Made by a program: the position numbers and the translations under genes
Source: a virus
Lineage: Duplodnaviria > Heunggongvirae > Uroviricota > Caudoviricetes
Virus record (IMG/VR): IMGVR_UViG_3300025011_000026
DNA length: 28,483 nt
Strand: one strand, 5' to 3'
The notes under the pieces: generated by a model
The model's input: only the letters and a program-made list of their open reading frames with translations
Told to the model about the DNA's origin: nothing
Databases searched by the model: none
Shown here: positions 25,955 through 28,483 of the stretch, one piece after another
How positions within the stretch are numbered: position 1 is the first letter of the stretch
How the letters are laid out: every line of letters begins with the position of its first letter

Positions 25955-27646
25955 CTAACGAATCTTCCCATAAATAACTCTATCATATCCAATCCATGCC
26001 ATTCCTATCAGAGAACTACCTTTTCTAAAATAAAAAATAGAATAACCTTGATAATCAACATCAGTTTTATAATATGACCATCCATAAGGTTTCACTGATT
26101 CTGAAAAACTAGTATAGCTAAAAGCATTCATATCATAATAATAGAATACAGTAGTTCCAGTTATTGAAAACTTCTTATAATCATACCCTATTGGCATTGG
26201 CACATCAGATAATAATGGGAAAAACTTTACAGAATTAATTGCTTTTATAGTCAATGTTAATTTTACTTGTTTGTCATATCCATCAACATTCCCATAGAAT
26301 GTAAATACTCCAGATTTGCTTGTATCAATTGCAAGAGTTGATGATAATTGTGTTCTAGTTTCATTTACATCTAAATCCAATGAATTTTTAAAATCTAATT
26401 TCTCTTCTTTAATTTTGTTTTCCATTTTTTCTTTTTCTTCAACATTAAATACAGAATTTGATTTAGTTAATAATTTTAAAGATTCTAATGATTCCTTGTT
26501 AAAATCATTTGTTAAATCAGTATCATTAATTACTGAAGTGGATGACAAAGAACTTACATTTGGAATATTCCAAGTAATTTCTACTTGTTTCTTAGTATTA
26601 TCACTCATTAAAGCCTCTACAGTTGATGGAGGAGAATATGAATCATTTTGATTAATACTTTGAGTAATATCTGCAATTGAACTGATAGTTAATGGTATTT
26701 CAACATTCTCTACAGTAACTTTACAAATATCTGTCTTATTTCCATCTATAGATGTTACAGTTACATCCGATGTTCCATAACTTACTGCTACTATCCTGCC
26801 ACTTTGATCTACTGTCAATACTGATTCATTACTAGAATCCCAAATTAGATTTTTATTAGTAGCATCATTAGGATTTACTATTGCAGTTAATGTTTCATTC
26901 TCTCCAACTTTCATAGATATGATTTTCCTATCTAAACTAACACTTTCAACATTTACAATTGGAATATCATCTTCTACTGCAACTACAGTAATTTCACAAG
27001 TTGCTTTCTTATTCCCATCTTTTGTCGTTGCCGTAATAGTAGCATCTCCAGAACTTATGCCTTCTATTTCACCTTCCGAATTTACTGTTACAATTGATTC
27101 ATCACTAGAACTCCAAGTAATATTTTGATTAGTAGCATTGTCTGGAGTAATTGTAGCAGTCAAAATATCACTATCACCAACATTCATGGATATATTTTCT
27201 TCATTTAAATTAATACCTGTGACATTTATGATTGAAGCAGTTTTTACAGTGACTACACATTTAGCAGTTTTTTTGTTGTCAACCGTTGTTACAGTAATAA
27301 TTGTTTTACCGTTTTTGATTCCTGTGATTACACCATCTAAATCTACTGTAGCAATTTTAGTATTATTAGATTTCCAAGTAACTGACTGATTTGTTGCATT
27401 AGAGGGGGATATAGTGGGAGTTAGTGTTATAGTTGATCCTGTATTTAACTGTAACTTTTTTGAATCTAGTGTTACTTTTGTTGGTTTTATTGACGCGAGA
27501 GATTTTTGGAATAAAGATGATTTATTTTGGTTTGAATTTACCTCTGATGCTAATATAGGAGATGTTAGGATTGGGGTAAGTAGTAGGGATAGAGATAATG
27601 CGATTGTGGAAATTTTGGTTAATAGTTTTTTGGGAAATTGTTTCAT
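25955..27646 (-). CDS. Secreted surface protein: signal peptide, three Big_2 Ig-like repeats, an interrupted Big_4-like domain and a C-terminal aromatic-rich domain
   Basis: MKQFPKKLLTKISTIALSLSLLLTPILTSPILA signal peptide; three L.ATI.P.NATN..VTW.S.N..IATVD..G.ITG...G...ITVTT.DG.KTA.C.VTV units. RBS AGGAGG. Confidence 0.9.
   Translation of the reverse strand: MKQFPKKLLTKISTIALSLSLLLTPILTSPILASEVNSNQNKSSLFQKSLASIKPTKVTLDSKKLQLNTGSTITLTPTISPSNATNQSVTWKSNNTKIATVDLDGVITGIKNGKTIITVTTVDNKKTAKCVVTVKTASIINVTGINLNEENISMNVGDSDILTATITPDNATNQNITWSSSDESIVTVNSEGEIEGISSGDATITATTKDGNKKATCEITVVAVEDDIPIVNVESVSLDRKIISMKVGENETLTAIVNPNDATNKNLIWDSSNESVLTVDQSGRIVAVSYGTSDVTVTSIDGNKTDICKVTVENVEIPLTISSIADITQSINQNDSYSPPSTVEALMSDNTKKQVEITWNIPNVSSLSSTSVINDTDLTNDFNKESLESLKLLTKSNSVFNVEEKEKMENKIKEEKLDFKNSLDLDVNETRTQLSSTLAIDTSKSGVFTFYGNVDGYDKQVKLTLTIKAINSVKFFPLLSDVPMPIGYDYKKFSITGTTVFYYYDMNAFSYTSFSESVKPYGWSYYKTDVDYQGYSIFYFRKGSSLIGMAWIGYDRVIYGKIR
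26705..27490 (-). repeat. Three tandem Big_2 Ig-like repeats (about 82-90 aa spacing)
   Basis: Visible in translation; shared NATN..VTW/ITW/LIW and G.KT..C.VTV motifs. Confidence 0.9.
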
Positions 27647-27686
27647 AAATTTTTCCTCCTCTTACTTTTTATGTTTTGTTAGTATT

Positions 27687-27715
27687 ATTGTATACGAAAA
27701 AGGAGTAAAATTCAA
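27687..27715 (-). promoter_or_regulatory. SigA-type promoter for the Ig-like protein gene
   Basis: Minus strand TTGAAT (27715-27710), 17-nt spacer, TACAAT (27692-27687). The dyad ATTTGT-ttcg-ACAAAT lies just upstream at 27729-27744. Confidence 0.7.
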
Positions 27716-27813
27716 ATAATTTATTATGATTTGTTTCGACAAATAATTATTTATTGGTTTTAATGTATTTATATGGAATTAGATAATAAGAAAATTTAAG
27801 CAAATAATCAATT

Positions 27814-28092
27814 TTAAACATTGAGCGAATAGCGAAATGTTTAACAAGGGAAGAATGACCGCCGTTTTCTTCGTTCCTTTGACATGTCATGATATTTATT
27901 ATACTAATAATTTTATAATTTTTATATATTTATTATTTTTGCTAGGGCGATTTCCATCGAGGATCATTTCAGCAATTTTGGAGTCCCAAAATTACTTTCA
28001 TGAATAATGATTTGTAATAATAGATTTTTTGATTTTTATCGCCATTTTTACTAAATCATATTATAAGTATGATTTAGTAATTTTGGCGATAA
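27814..28092. other. Non-coding hairpin/palindrome array downstream of the right-edge ORF
   Basis: 57-nt hairpin at 28036-28092 (13-bp plus 9-bp arms); AATTTTGG/CCAAAATT at 27974-27993; TGACATGTCA at 27880-27889; TTAAACATT/AATGTTTAA at 27814-27844. Confidence 0.6.
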
Positions 28093-28094
28093 TT

Positions 28095-28483
28095 TTATAA
28101 TTTAGAAATAACCCAAAATCTTTTATCTTTTAATTCTCCTACTGTTTCTTTTTTACTATTCATTATAAAATTTAATTTATTTTCATCAAATAAGGAATTA
28201 ATAGTTTTTAATCCTATAGATCCATGATTAGCCTTTGGTGAGTTTAATAACTCCTTTAATAGCATTTGTTTAAATTCTTTTTGTTCATCCTTAAACATTT
28301 TAACACCAACTAATCTGTCTAATATATGCTCCAATTTTAAAGCATCTAACTCCTGCTCTAGATAAGTATAAGCCATATCTATACCCATCCTTTCAAATAA
28401 TTTTAATTTAAATCCATCTTCTTTATCTAATAATATTTCATTATAAACTTCTAAATTTCTATTGTATGTATAATACATTAACT
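28095..28483 (-). CDS. C-terminal part of a protein that starts outside the window (possibly a helicase-like phage family)
   Basis: The frame stays open past ATG 28478 (the preceding codon is TTA). The L..LVG.K.FKDEQKE...L.TINS.F.E.KL.FI..SKKE....KRFW.ISKL tail recalls C-termini of DEAD/DEAH-like proteins in large Bacillota phages; this is from memory and unverified. Confidence 0.5.
   Translation of the reverse strand, partial: LMYYTYNRNLEVYNEILLDKEDGFKLKLFERMGIDMAYTYLEQELDALKLEHILDRLVGVKMFKDEQKEFKQMLLKELLNSPKANHGSIGLKTINSLFDENKLNFIMNSKKETVGELKDKRFWVISKL

Larger units (their letters stand above)
1..28483 (-). mobile_element. Tail/late module of a large siphovirus-like phage or prophage (Bacillota host), with interspersed accessory and selfish genes
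   Basis: Contains a tape measure protein, baseplate/tail-tip genes, a receptor-binding protein, a fibre chaperone and two free-standing endonucleases, almost all co-oriented. No host housekeeping genes. No att site or integrase in the window, so phage versus prophage is undetermined. Confidence 0.93.

Noticed and set aside
1-28483. CRISPR array, tRNA or rRNA genes
   Set aside because: No regularly spaced direct repeats, cloverleaf/T-loop signatures or rRNA-like GC-rich segments were seen in the intergenic regions.
1-28483. Alternative genetic code or stop-codon readthrough
   Set aside because: Standard code 11 gives long, densely packed ORFs using TAA, TAG and TGA stops, with no fragmented genes.

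Overview
An AT-rich (roughly 30% GC) segment of a large long-tailed temperate phage or prophage of a low-GC Bacillota host. The host is inferred from AGGAGG RBSs, SigA-type promoters and Clostridia-like surface domains. Nearly all genes are on the minus strand. Read from high to low coordinates: a 5'-truncated ORF followed by a hairpin array, a secreted Ig-like (Big_2/Big_4) protein, a free-standing endonuclease with a structured leader, a tail chaperone-like gene, a tail-completion-like gene and a plus-strand membrane 'moron'. These are followed by a 2702-aa tape measure protein, distal-tail/baseplate genes interrupted by a second endonuclease cassette, a CBM-repeat tail protein and a tandem BNR-propeller receptor-binding protein. 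The left end holds a Zn-finger/EF-Ts-N-domain protein, a tail-fibre chaperone, a terminator-bounded primase-helicase cassette, a permuted papain-like amidase and a 3'-truncated secreted protein. The most unusual items are the EF-Ts N-terminal-domain mimic, the AEP primase/PriL-like Cys cluster/SF2 helicase fusion with its hairpin array, and an anti-Shine-Dalgarno hairpin switch upstream of one endonuclease. All family assignments come from motif recognition by eye; no database search was run.
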